Positions 1-14,300 of a DNA stretch of 64,000 nucleotides are shown piece after piece. Location of the stretch: assembly GCF_006345805.1 (NCBI RefSeq), contig NC_043003.1:48112001-48176000 (forward strand), given 5' to 3'. The position numbers and the translations under genes were made by a program. Below the pieces are notes generated by a model that searched no databases, was not told where the DNA came from, and saw only the letters and a program-made list of their open reading frames with translations. Each line of letters starts with the position of its first letter. Position 1 is the stretch's first letter. Source of the DNA: Octopus sinensis (taxonomy: Eukaryota).

Positions 1-248
1 ACAGAATAATAAAAAGAAAGTTCTTGATACAGTATTATATTTATTTGAAATAATGAGTAGAGATGATTTTTTGTGGGGGATAATTTTTATTTTAACGTTA
101 TTAATAATAATGTTTACAGTGAGTTACTCTGATATGAGCTTTGAGCTTTAAGTAGCTATTTTCAAACTGAAAAATGTGTTTTACTAGTTGCTTGAATAGT
201 GAAAGATATTTTTCTTACAAGTATACATAAAAAAAAAATTTTTTTTTA

Positions 249-301
<53 letters not shown>

Positions 302-2084
302 TCATCATCATCATCATCATCATCGTTTAACATCCGTTTTCCGCGCTAGCATGACACATACACAAAATGGGGGTGAAATATATATATATAAAAATACAAA
401 AGCGTGTGTTTGTGGTGGGGAAGAAGCACAACAACAAACAAACACACATACATACATACATACACGCACATATATTTATACATACATACATTTTTCCGTT
501 TGAAAATGGCTATTTGAAGCTTGAAAAGCATATCAGAGTAACTCACTGAAAACATTATTATTAAGATTAAAATAAAAATTATCCACCACTCCCCAAAAAG
601 CCATCACTATTCATTTTTTCAAATTTATATATATATATAAGCACATACACACACACACATATGTTGTTAAATATATTGAGTTTTAAACAAGTGCTTACTT
701 GTCATACCTTCTAAAAGCACATAAAAAAGAATTTACATAAAAATTCAGATATATATATATCTCAAAAGAGACCGATTGAAGACTACTGGTCAAATGACCT
801 TACCTAAATTAACTCTCCCACTCCCTTATCTTTTTATTCCTTTTATTCTTTTCTATTTTCTTTTTTATATTCTTAATTTCTCTCCACATTTATATTCTCC
901 ACTCTTACTGTGCTCTCTACATATTTTGATCGAATCTTCTGCCTGTTAACAAGTACCTCCTTGCAACCATGTATACTTTCATTTAATCAAGACACCCTTG
1001 GCCTGACAAGCAGACTGCGGTATACATCTTGCTTGAATATTTACCACTTCTGAGGTTCCACTTATCAACTTATCAACTGCATTTCCTTAACTCTTGCATT
1101 CTTATTTGCATACTCAGCAACCCTAGTTGCCTACTGGGAATTATAAAAAGAATTTTTTTCAGCTTATTGTACTTCAATATGAAAAAATCACAACCTTCCG
1201 CCTCAATAAATCACTATTATTCCTAAAAGTTATTTTTCATATCTACTATGGATTGCTTGAAGCTAACTTTCTTCCTACACCTTGATCCTGGGATCTTACA
1301 TGTATATATATACTAGACTACTAATGACCTGTTGTGTCACCAGGAAAGTCTGAGTTTTGTTTTGTGGGTTCTTTTTTTCTTTTTCAGGTTATTTTGCATG
1401 CTTAAAACGAATGTGACATAGAAATCACACATCAGTGGCTCCTTTACACAGAAAAGGAAAGATTTGGCAGCTATTTCTTGCACACCTTGCTACTATATAA
1501 TGGGTATTTCAAGTCCATTATCGCAAATAGCGGTTACGTGGTAACAGGGCATGCTAGAAATAGCAACCAAATCTTTCGAAATGAGATACATTGACTGTAT
1601 TAAAAAAAAACCTATGGAAAAAAATTTCACACCAAGTTTACGAAAATTATCGTAACGGTATTCATTTGAAAATAAATTCAAAAGATATTAAAATATTGTC
1701 TGTTGAAAGAAAGCTAAAATATAAAAACTTATTGTACAAACAACTTACATTTTTGAAATCACATTTACTTAAAAATATTTCTCAATGATTAAAATATTGT
1801 GCTTAACAAAAGTGAAAATAGAAACATTTACTGTAAAAAATTTGTATTGTTTCGTTGTCAAGTCAGTCTAACTGAAAGATAAGAATCACTTCCTTTTCAG
1901 GATTAAGTTAATTTCAGAGACCTTTCCCTTTATGCACAGTTTTGGGTATTTATACCCTGAAAACCCTTAATATTTTTACAACCACTTATCTGATTTATGT
2001 GAAATTTGTTTCATTCCATTTGTATTTACATTTTAGGGGAACTTAATTCATAGTATTTTCCCATTATGTGCCAATTTGGCTGAG

Positions 2085-2600
2085 TAACATTGCAAGTTTA
2101 GTCATTCGACTGTGACCATGCTGGAGCACTGCCTTTTAGTCAAAGAAACAAACCCTTGGACTTATTCTTTGTAAGCCTCGTGCTTATTATATCAGTCCCT
2201 TCTGATATAATGGCCACAGTTGAATGACTACTACAGTCATTTAACTGCAGCCATGCTGGAGCACTGCCTTTAGTCGAACAAATCCACACCAGGACTTATT
2301 TTTTGTAAGCCTAGTACTTATTCCATCATTCTCTTTTGCTGAACTGTTAAGTTACAGGGACGTAAACAGACCAACATGAGTTGTCAAGCAATGGTTGGGG
2401 GCGGGGACAAACACAGACAGACAAATACATACACATATAACAGGCTTCTTTCAGTTTCCATCTACGAAAACCACTCACAAGGCTTCAGTCGGCCCAAGGC
2501 TATAGTAGAAGACACTTGCCCAAGGTCCCAGGCAGTGCGACTGAACCCAGAACCATGTGGTTGGGAAGCAAGCTTCTTACCACACAGCAACTCCTGTGCC
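2085..2600 (-). mobile_element. tRNA-head SINE (family A), degenerate, duplicated tail
   Basis: Reverse complement of the ...gctgtgtggtaag...gtgtcttctactatagcc...ccagcatggcc family seen at 30806 and 35024. Confidence 0.8.
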
Positions 2601-2796
2601 TATATATATATATATTATATATATATATATAAAATTAATTAAGGGTAGAAATTGATATTTATCAATTAAGACCAGTGGTTGAGTGTTGAGTTTGATCTGA
2701 GAACATAATCTTTTGTGGTGAATGGCGATTTGACGTCTATATCTAGCATGTTGACTGTCCACTTTTCGTGTTCAGTCCTTAATTGGTGTATATATA

Positions 2797-2841
<45 letters not shown>

Positions 2842-3539
2842 TGTATTTCTGTGTATGCCTGTGTAAGAAAATGCAATTATGTGTAAGTATTTATGTGGGG
2901 GGATGTGCATATATATATAAATGTAAATAGCTATACTGGTATATGTACAGATTTATATCTTGGTCATATATATATATGAGAGAATGAATACATACTTCTA
3001 CATACATACATACATACATATATATATGTCTTATATTCCTGCCCACCACTACAAACTCAATACCACTATAAAATGGTCAAAACTTTTCACACAGGAACTT
3101 AGTTTGATTTGAAAACCCCACTAGAATGGGAGAAAGTGCTAATACATGATCTAAGTTATATGATGTATAAAAAATGTAATATACAAAAAAATATCTGTAA
3201 ATATAAACCATCCGATTTTTACCTCATTTCTTCTAATATATATATATATATATAATACATTTAGGGTGTCTATATGCTCAAATACAGATATGTATATGCA
3301 TATACGCACTATTGCTACTCCTATCCCCCTCTGCTTTCAGGTGCTTTTTTCTGAAGGTTTGGCAAGACTGAGAGAAAATGTAATTCATTGAGTAAGAATT
3401 ACCTGTTTCACAGGACATGTGCAAGGACTCACTTCCTGTTGGCAGACATTCACAAATATATTCCTCTTCTTTATAGACTTAAAACAATAATACTCCAATT
3501 ACTTGTTTCACTCTTCTGAAGTTCATATCATTAGGGCCA

Positions 3540-3870
3540 CCACAAACAATGTCAACACAATGAAAGGCTGGTCTGGTGAGATTGCTGAAATGCTACCACA
3601 GAGGCATGTAGCTGCCTGATGGAAGGGAGCATTTACTAGACTCTTCATGGGCAAGGAACAAAAGTACAAACTCTTGTGGGTAAGTAGTAGTGATGACATG
3701 TGTGATATAGGTATGGTCTTGTCTGATAAGTGGATAGATAAAGTGATCAAGATAGTCAGGGCATGTGATAGGATTGATAAGTTAAAACTAGTATTAGATA
3801 ATGCAACATTAATATTTATCTTGGCATATGCACCACAAGCTGGATTAGCATATGATCAGAAGGCACAAGA
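3540..3870 (+). mobile_element. RTE LINE fragment, APE endonuclease region
   Basis: Translation ...KYKLLWV...DKWIDKVI...CDRI...AYAPQAGL, typical of the RTE endonuclease; disrupted. Confidence 0.8.
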
Positions 3871-4060
3871 CCTTTCTCTCACTACAATTTTTTATCCACA
3901 CACTCTCTCTCTATCAATTTCTCTTTGGGAATATCCCTCATTACTCCCCGTTTGTGTCCTTTCTCCTCTCACTCACTCTCTGTCTTGTCTATTTCATTGG
4001 TGATTATGATGACAATACATACAATGACAAAAGATATATATCAAAAAGAAATCAACTTAC

Positions 4061-4225
4061 TTGCAAGCAATACCATAAGACTCTGGATGGATCCAGGTGC
4101 GATCCAGTGGATTTGGTCCATCTTTCACTTCCAGCTTGACTTTCTTGGAACTTTGCTTTGACTCTGTTTTCAGTTTTCGTTTTTTCCCTTTTGAAGGTCC
4201 TGCTTCTATTTCACACACTTCTTCA
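4061..4225 (-). CDS. SRBD1: SRBD1 coding exon (EEVCEIE...[19 protein letters not shown]), 165 nt
   Basis: ttacag| acceptor, AA|gtaagt donor; NPLD.T.IHPESY motif. Confidence 0.95.
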
Positions 4226-7200
4226 CTGTAAGACATTGAAATATTGTTATCATTATTTCACCCCAGATCAGCTTTGAAGAAGTAGACTTTTTCAGACATA
4301 TGAGGGGGTACCCAAAAGAAACTGGAATTTTGCAATATGATTTTATTCACTTAGCTTTACATGTTTACTCTTTTACCGCCTTCAAAGTATTCTCCATTTG
4401 AAGCAATGCATTGGACCAGAAGTGTTTTCCACTATTCCTGATGTTTTCATTCATTTGGGAGGTCGATGGATGCCCTGAACAAGGTTGGTCTTCAAGTGAC
4501 AAGTGACCATTCCTAAAGCATGGAAACCACTCGTAAACTTGTTTTTTTGCTCATGGCAGCAGCCTTGTAAGCTGTTTGAAGCATGACAACAGTTTTGGCT
4601 GCTATTTACCCCTGCAGAAAACAGAATTTCAAGGAAGCATGCTGTTCCTTCATTTCAGCCATCGCAAAAATCAACAAACAGAGGAGAAGCACTGCAAGAC
4701 AAAGGCTCACCACATGACAATACAACTCCAGTGGATGACGTCAGTCGGCAGACTGTTGCCTGAAGATCACATCAAGTGGCTTCTAATGGCAGAAGCTTGT
4801 AACACAGAGAACATTTCCAGTTACTTTTGGGTACTCTGTTGTACGTGCTAGTGTGAATATGTGCTAAGAAGCTTGCCTCCAGACCATGTAGTAACAGTAG
4901 TGGCAGTGGCAGCACACCGTTGTCATCCACTTTTCCATATTTGCATAGGTTAGATGAAATTTACTGAGGCAGAATTTCTACAGCCAGATTACTTTTCTGT
5001 TGCACACTCTCACCAGTTTCATAATAAAAGAAAGAAAATGAAGGATTCCGACTGTATGACACTGACACTCTTGTTTCCAACAATCACGCAATGTCAAGAC
5101 AAGGAAATGAAAACACAAAACACACATACCGATATATACACAGATAGACTTATACAATGGTCTTCTTTTCGTTTCCATCTACCAAATCCTCTCACATTTT
5201 GTTGGCTTGGGACTATAGTAGAAAATATTTGCCCAAAGTGGGATTGGACCTAATATCAGGTGGTTGGAGAGCAAAATTCTTGACCACACAGCCCACATAT
5301 ATAATCTTTAGTATTGTGTAAAAACATGCACAAGTATATAATATATATAACCCATGCTAGCATGAAAAGCGGACGTTAAACGATGATGATAAGAATTTAT
5401 ATCACACACACACAGTATCAGTTCTTAGCCACAAGTTTCTTTTGAGTTTTACCATACACTGCTCATTTACTCTGTGCTTGATTATCTACAACTGGTTCAC
5501 TCATCACTGCTGGCTGTGGCTAGACTAACAACATGATGGTGGGGTTCAAAAACTTCTCAGATCATAGTAAATGTGTATGTGTGTGAGAGAGAGAGAGAGT
5601 TATGGATATTGAAATAAATAGGATACTGCAGCAAGTTTTGTGAATTCTTATTGTTGAGCTCAATTCAAATACTCCTGAAGGAGAAATCACATTTTTACAC
5701 GGGGAGTAAAATGATAGGCCAGGCACCTCTACACTAGGGATGAGCAATCTTTTATCTGAGATGCAGTCTACATGAGACATGGCTCATCAACAGGCTGACC
5801 ACTCTACTAAAAGAATTCAAGATAATTTTTCGTTGGCATACCATTCAAATAGTTCCACAGGCTGCAGTATGTCTATGTCCATGACTGCTTTTGACAGCTG
5901 TTTGACCAGCTAGAAATAACATCCAAATCTCACTCAGATCAAATCATACCACCTTAAAAAAGGTAAGGACACACTGGCTAATAGACTTAGACACACTTTA
6001 TATAAAAGAACATGGAGGATTGTCATAGATAGCTTATCTTTGAATATAAGTCTTGCCAGTCAAAATAGATCTGAAGTAAAACAACAATCCATCTATCTTT
6101 TGACCCAATGGGGAAGCCTCTCCAAGGTGGCTTCATCAGTTAAAAAAGTTTATCAAATCTGCTGAGCTGCTGAGACCCCCTTCGGTCATGACTGACCATG
6201 GGATTGCACCTAGAAAGTTACCCTCCCAGGCACAAGTCCAGGCAAGGTTGTTTATGGAAGACCAGCAGTCACCCATGCATACAGGCCTCCCCTCTCCATG
6301 CCACCAGTGCTATCCAAGGGAAAGGCAAAGGCTGATACAGCTTGGCACCTGTGACATCGCAACTCATTTCTACAGATGAGTGAACAGGAGCAATGTGAAA
6401 TAAAGTGTCTTGCTCAAGAACACAACACGCAGCCCGGTCCGGGATTCGAACTCACAACCTCATGATCGTAAGCTCAACGCTCTAACCACTGAGCCACATG
6501 CCTTCACAAACCACACCATACGAATTTAACATGTTAACCGCCACATGTATCACAAGTGGTTCATTACAGACTTCACACATCCATCATATGTATCACTGGT
6601 GGCACACTTGCATAATTTGAGAAAATATTTTATTTGGTATCTTTGACATAGTATTGAGGATATTTAAATAAACATGAGCACTAAATATTAAAGTTTAATT
6701 ATGAAATATGAAAATGCAAAAAAATTATATTTCCTTGGGATTAAACAATATACAGTGCAACCGAAAATAATGTGGCACCACCAGTAAGTTCCAACAACAG
6801 TCCATGGCAGTTAATGTGTTAAAAGGCACATTAGATGATGCATTCTCATGTACACTATTGCTTAAAAAAAGGGGCAGATAAGATAGCCATGGCAGGAATG
6901 CCTTCAACAATAAGTCTGCTCTATCACAACTTATTGTCAAGCAAGTACACAAAGTTTGACCTTTTAGCATTCAGATTACTCAGTCAAATGTAATGTTTAC
7001 TTATTCTCATTGGTTTGATGACATGATAGTATATTTTTAGAATGACATTGTAGGGTAGGTGTGAGAGATGGGATCTGACTCATTTGAGTGTAAAACAGGT
7101 AGAAAATTTGGGCCACACATGATTGGTTTAAATGCTAAGGGGTTAAATTGATAGGACAGTTATGACTGGAATGCTTTTAATCATAAATTTACTTAACCAA

Positions 7201-8334
7201 GCGCTGCTTCGGTTAAACAATAAATAACAGCACACAATACTTCAAAACCAATTGCACAAGAAGTTGCAGTGCGGTCATGTCTGTAAGTGAACTGGTAAGT
7301 TTACTTTGTCATCAAGAGGTCCTGGTTTCCATCCTAGTGAACAATACCGTGGGCAAGTGTCTTCTACTATGACTTTAGGTCAAACCAAACCACAGGAGTA
7401 AAATTGGGTAGGCAGAAATTGTACAGAAATTATAATTACATGAACTGTACATGTAATTAAATAGAGCTAACCTTGTCACACAATCTCATCCTGGATGAGA
7501 TATTGAACATACCCTGTACCTTTTTGTTACCATATTTCTGTTGGAATATGCTGCCTTTATTTCATTTAATACTGAAATTAATGAAGAATTTAGCGAAGTA
7601 ACTTTGTCATTAAGCTGGTGTTTAGAATAGATATTAACATGAAATTTTAATAGAAGGTTTTAATTTAGATCACTTTAAAAAGGTTTATGGGTACAACTCA
7701 ATCAAGCATTATTGCTCATTCAGAGATAGTTTCATAGATTCAACAACCGGAATACTCATTGATGAAAGTGACACAAAATACATCATCAAAATGTATAGAA
7801 AGACAAAAACAGGTGTGTGTGTGTGCGTACATGCATGTGTGCATATTTAATACAGACCTCAAATTTAATTTATTTCCAGTAGGGTTAATTCGGATAAATC
7901 CTGCACACTGATTGTATGTTTTCTCCCCGATGCCCTTCACCAGTCTTAACTGCTCACGGTTACAAAAGTTTCCTTGTTTTTCTCGCCATTCAATGATATG
8001 TTTAGCCTGTGATGAGCTCAAACCTGACACCTTCCTGGAAATAAAAAGGTATATCTATTGAATTAATACTATACTTATGCATATTACACAATACTAGAGG
8101 TTATACATATGACACAATAATTACTAACAGAATACAAAATGTATAATATATAGCCACTACACATTCTTTATTTTCTCTCCTTGTTTCTTTCTTTGTTCCT
8201 TTCTGTAGAAGAGCGTAGGCTCAAAATGTTTAAAGACTTTTTCACTTCCTGAGCATTATACTAATACATCTGTTTGTTGCCCACACCACCTGTGAATTCT
8301 CCCTATATATATATATATAGTTTTTGTGAATTCT

Positions 8335-8398
<64 letters not shown>

Positions 8399-11300
8399 TC
8401 ACAGAAATTTGTATTATATATTTATCATAAGTTATATAACACATTATATATACTTTGATATAAACATATACATGGCATTAGGAAGGGCATCCAGCTGTAA
8501 AAAACATGCCAATAAGACTGGAACCTGGTGCAGCTCCCCAGCTTCAGTCAAACTGTTTAACCCATGCCAGCATGGAAAGCAGACAGTAAATGATGCTGAT
8601 GATGATAAAAGTAATGTTTAAATCTACAATTATATCGATATTACACAAGAAATGTTAGTTCTCTGTAACAAAATGCAACAGGAGTTTCTTTGATGATGCA
8701 CTGTGATTAGACATCCACATGCACTTGGAACATTCAATGTCGAGTTCTTTGATGGCCTTGATTTTACTTAGCTGGACAGGTCTTCTCAAGCACAGCCTCC
8801 CTCCAATTAATACACTCCTCTGTTATGTCCCCTTTGCAGGTCAAAATCTAAAGATCATTTTTCACCATGTCATCCCATGTTTTCCTTGAGCTTTCTCTTC
8901 CTCATACATTCTCTCCCCTCCATCACCAATTTGCCCTATCTATTACTTGATTCTACTTCCCTTATATATACTCCCTTGTAATTTGAGTATAACCCCATCA
9001 CATCTTCATCTCTCTCTTTCTCTCCTCCACCCCCAAATTGAGGCAGACATATATCTCCCTTGCATCAAGAAGACATCTAATTCTCTTCCTCTATTGATAC
9101 TCTGACCTCTCGTCACTTGGCACAAAGCCACCTTCCTTGATATTACTACTCCCTCAGTTAAGGGGTCAAGCTACTTGGTGAGGTCACTGCTGGTCCACTC
9201 TCTAAAGTGGTTGGCATTAGGAAGGGCATCCAGTTGTAGAAACCTAGTCAATATTGACAGTAGAGCTTGGTGTAGTCCTCTAGCTTGTCAGCTCCTGTCA
9301 AACTGTCCAACCCATGCCAACAAGAACAATGGATGTTAAATGATGGTAATGATGATGATGATGATGATGATGATATACATGTATGTCGGTACAGGCTGTA
9401 TGGTAAAAAGTTTGCTTCCCAACCACATGGTTCTGAATTCAGTCCAACTGTATGGCACCTTGGGCAAGTGTCTTTTATTATGGCCCTGGGTCAACCAAAG
9501 CCTTTTGAGTGAATTTGGTAGACAGAAAGTGTAAGAAGTCTGTTGTGTGTGTGTATGTGTGCATGTAAATATATTTATGCATATGTGTATATACATATAC
9601 ATATGTGTGTGTGTTTGTGTGTATGTATATCAGGTCATCCCATAAGTTCTGTCCAATTTTACCATTTTTTAACTTTAATGAAATTTAATAGTATTTTAGA
9701 ATGTCTCTTGGAAATAAAAATTATTTTTATGCATTTGTGTACATTTAAAACCCTTTCTAACATGGAAGTATCCAAAGGGCATTTAAGGCACATAATGCTT
9801 TAGGAGTACAAAAATGGAAACTCTGCAGCCGAAGCGACTTGAAACATACACTCAGTTTATTTGAAAGAATGCTTGAATGAAAGAACTTGCAGAAGATGGT
9901 TTGCAAAATTCAGAAGTGGAAATTTCAGCCTTGAAGATGAAGATCGAATAGGACGTCCAGTTGAGTTTGATGATAAGCTCCTTGAGGCATTACTTGAAGA
10001 AAATCCTGCATTATCAGTTGAAGAATTGGCAATAAAGCTTAGTTCAAACCATACAACTGTTCATCATCATCTTCAACATGGAAAGGTTCCTAAACTTGGA
10101 AAATGGGTGCCTCATGAACTGACCGAAAGCAACTGCAAATCCCGAGTTAATATCTGCTCTTCTCTCCATTCTCAGAAGTCATTTCACACTTTTTGGATAG
10201 ACTAGTGACTGGTGACGAAAAATTGATCTTCTCTCGAAATGTTAAATGTCGTAAACAGTGGCTTGGTAAAAGGGAAAAAGCTCAACCACAACCGAGAAGG
10301 GAACTTTATGGAAAAAAGGTTCTTCTCTGTCTGGTGGGATTGCAAAGGAGTAATTCACTTTGAATTGTTACCACCTAATGCAATGATACAACAATCAATG
10401 CTCAAGTGTACTGTCAGCAATTAAAACGTTTGAACCAAGCTTTGAAGGAAAAAAGACCCCGCTTTAGTGAATCAAAAAGGAGTGATGTTTCATCAGGACA
10501 ATGTATGACCCCACACTGCAAAGATCACATCACAGAAGGAAGTCATAGATAATCAGGGAAAGTACATTGATTAAATTTCAATTAAATATAACATTTGATC
10601 ACTTGTTTTCTTTATTCAAAATTCAGACAGAACTTATGGGATGACCTGATATATACATACACATACGCACAAAAACATACATATATATATATATATACAT
10701 ATATTTACTATTTTGCACATACTTAATCATTATATATATTTTATCTTAGTTTAATCTTTCTATAAGATGTAATTTTTCTAAATGGTATAATTTAATTTTT
10801 CATTGAATGAATTATAAAAGGGTTTTTTTTCTAATTTGATGATGATATAATATTATATATCATCATCATCATCATCATCATCGTTTAACGTCCGCTTTCC
10901 GCGCTAGCACGGGTTGGACGGTGACGGGTCTGGGAAGCCAGGGGCCGCACCAGGCTCCAGTCTGAATCTGGCAGAGTTTCTACGGCTGGATGCCCTTCCT
11001 AACGCCAACCACTCCGTGAGTGGATTGGTGTGGGTGCTTTTTACGTGCCACCTGCACAGGGGCCGGAGGGTCCGGCATCGTCACGATCGGTTCGAGCATT
11101 TTTAACGTGTCAGCGCCGCAGGGGGCAACGAGGTCCGGGGTACTTTGGGGATCGGGGTACTTTGGGGATCCAGGGTACTTAGAATGGGTAGGGGGTATGT
11201 GGAATTGCTGCAGAAAGCAGCCGGGTCTTTGTAGTCACAGCATTTATCGTCACTGAGTAACGTAATTAGGTAGAGAAAAAGAAACAGATATTCTAGAGTT

Positions 11301-14300
11301 GAGTTGGGGAGGGGGGGAGTCCAGTTGAGGCGGGTAATATAGGGGAGCAGCAACAGTGGGGAAGGTTGGGGTAAGGAGGAACGATGGCACAGAAAGGGTT
11401 GGTGTAGGTTCCTAAGAAATAAGACATTCGTTATCGTCACTGAGTAACGTAATTAGGTAGAGGAAAGAAACTTGATTTATCTTCCTATCTCTCTCTACAA
11501 AATTTAACCTTAGGCTACCTCAAGCCGTAATCCCATCCTTCCATCTTTCCGCCATTGGCGGTCTTTTTCCTCCTCTTCTTCTTCTTATGCTAAAACTTAA
11601 AATCGCCATTACCATTACGATTCTGCAATTTAAATTCCCAATTCAACTTACTTTCTTTTCAATTTCAACTCCGATCGATGCCCGCAGCAAGTTCTTAAAA
11701 AAAAATTTATCTTACTATTTTTATTCGTTGTTTACTACGTTTATTCATACATTGTTACGAAAAAAATTTACCTTTTAGGCTACTTTCAAGCCTTCGCCAT
11801 AACTTGATTATCTTTCCTATCTCTCTCTCTACAAAATTTAACCTTAGGCTACCTCAAGCCGTAATCCTATCCTTCCCATCTTTCCACCATTGGCGGTGCG
11901 CCCGCCCCCCACCCCCACCACCAATACCGATGAACACGCCCCCCCACCCCCACCACCAATACCGATGGACACGCCCCCCCCCACCACCAATACCGATGAA
12001 CACGCCCCCCCCCCCCCACCACCAATGAACACGCCCCCAACCCCCACCCCCCCCACACCACCAATACCGATGAACACGCCCCCCCACCCCCACCACCAAT
12101 ACCGAGAACACTGTTCTCACCCCCACCACCAATACCGGTGAACACTGTCTCACCGCCACCACCACCAATACCGGTGAACAATGCTCTCACCCCCACCACC
12201 AATACCAGTATACCCTCTTCTCACCATCTACACCGGATACGCCTTATCATCTACACCGGGTACGCCCTACTCCCTCCCCCTCCCCCACTACCCCTTCTCC
12301 TCATATGCTTTCACTGTGAAAAGACAAGCTGCTAGCGCCATAGCTCATCAACTGCCCACCGATCTTACGCTTCCTCCTGACACTGCCTCATTCCGACCAT
12401 CCCCTTTAGTACCCTCCCGCCTCGTAATATCCTACGTTTTTATTTCTTAGGAACCTACACCAACCCTTCCTGCCATCGTTCCTCCTTACCCCAACCTTCC
12501 CCACTGGTTGCTCCCCTATATTACCCGCCTCAATGTATATATATATATATAGGCATAGATATAGAAACACTGTCGTGTATTTCCTATGTATAAACACACA
12601 CACACGTATATATAATTCTAAAAACACAATATATCATCATCAGCAGCAGCAGCAGCAACAACATTGTTTCACACTTTCCTATGGTTATTTCTTTCCAATA
12701 AAGTTAGTATTTCCTCAAGGCCAGACATGTTTTATTGGAAGATTGGAAACAAACAACACCATTTGCATGATGGTGACACACTCAATTATCACGATATCAA
12801 CATGAGGAGGCACACACACACACACGCATGCAAACACACATTATAAACACAGGGTGAGAACCCTCTCCAATCATGAATGACCATGGATTGCACATAGAAA
12901 GTTAACCTCTGAGGCACAAGTCTGGGCCAGGTTTTTTTTACGGAAGACCAGCAGTCACCCATGCATACTGGCCTCCCCTCTCCACGTCACCAGTGTTATC
13001 CAAGGGAAAGGCAAAGGCAAATATATGGACACACTCACTGGTTTGATTTCCACTCATTTATTATTTATATTTTTTCTTCCAAAATCAAACCGGTGAGTGT
13101 AAAAACACAATCTGAGCATATCATAACTTTCCAGTATATACCGAAGTACCCTCTGATTAACTTCAACATAAAACTACCACTTAATACTTGACAAAAAGAA
13201 CACAAGACCATCAATCATATGATCAATCAAAATCAAAACAACCAACACTTAAATATTTTAGTGATCCGTTTATCATTTTAAACTCAATGATGAGTACAGC
13301 TGACTGTAAAGTTGGCTGCACAAAACCTTTAGGCATGGAGAAATAATTCCATCTACTTAGACGCAATTGTACATATGTAAGAATGGTGAGAAAGGATCTT
13401 CAGACATTGGACCTCACAGAAGGGATGACAAGGAACTGAGACTTCTGACAGTTTGCTGTGCTTGAGAAGACACATCAAGCTAAGTAAAATCATGGGTGTT
13501 CTCGCATACAGGCATGTCTCCTATATCTCATTTCAGCCAAGTGATCCTAATCTTCTGGGCACATAGGTGCTGGTGCCACATAAAAGCATCCCGTACTCTG
13601 TAAAGTGGTTAGCATTAGGAAGGGCATCCAGCTGTAGAAACCATGCCAAAACAGACATGAAGCCTGGGCAGCTCTCCAGCTTGTCAGCTCCTGTCAAACT
13701 GCCAGCATGGAAAACAAACATTAAATGATGATAATGATGATGATGTAAAATAGGGATGAGAAGGTTTACCTGAGTAACTCACCTTAATAGATGTTCACTA
13801 GCTGTATTCAAGTCAACTCCAACAAAACTGACACACTCCTGTACAATACCATCTAAAGCATCTTTCAACTTGTTGTCCGCAACATCATGCTATAGGAAGA
13901 AATATATAGTGGTCATCCATCAAGGCCAACACACCATCACAACTATATCATCTTCATTAATGTATGACAGGTATCCAGGTATAAAAAAACAGTTGGTTCC
14001 ATAAAAAACTGAGATTGATTTAAAAGAGTAGATTAACCCCACCCCACCCCACCCGCTCCCCACAACTGCCAGCCTTGTGCCTAAATTAGAGAAAGGAAGT
14101 TATTAGTTTTATGTTATTACATACAATAACAAATCCACTGTCATGGTACCAAAACTTTTCTTATACAATATTACCACAACTGTTATCTCTCCATCAAACC
14201 ACCACAACTATAACACCATCACAATCTCCAACACCACCATAACATTACAACTAGACCTCCATCACCATGATACCATTATAACTCCACTACCACCACTACT

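Noticed and set aside
900-1200. L1/Tx1-like LINE 3' fragments (also 19380-19740)
   Set aside because: Only a vague resemblance in broken frames; no diagnostic motif I can support without a search.
1-4060. Remaining SRBD1 3' exons (S1 domain)
   Set aside because: I found no phase-compatible exon with Tex C-terminal or S1 motifs; they probably lie outside the window.
6400-6502. tRNA gene (also the heads at 30806, 33060, 35024 and 42750)
   Set aside because: The A/B boxes continue into SINE bodies, and there is no complete cloverleaf or acceptor stem.
9861-10205. SETMAR/Metnase host gene
   Set aside because: No SET domain; stops and frameshifts; bounded by TIRs, so it is a transposon copy.
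11804-12335. Pro/Gly-rich ORFs (extensin- or collagen-like)
   Set aside because: Open in several frames on both strands only because the C-rich minisatellite lacks stop codons.
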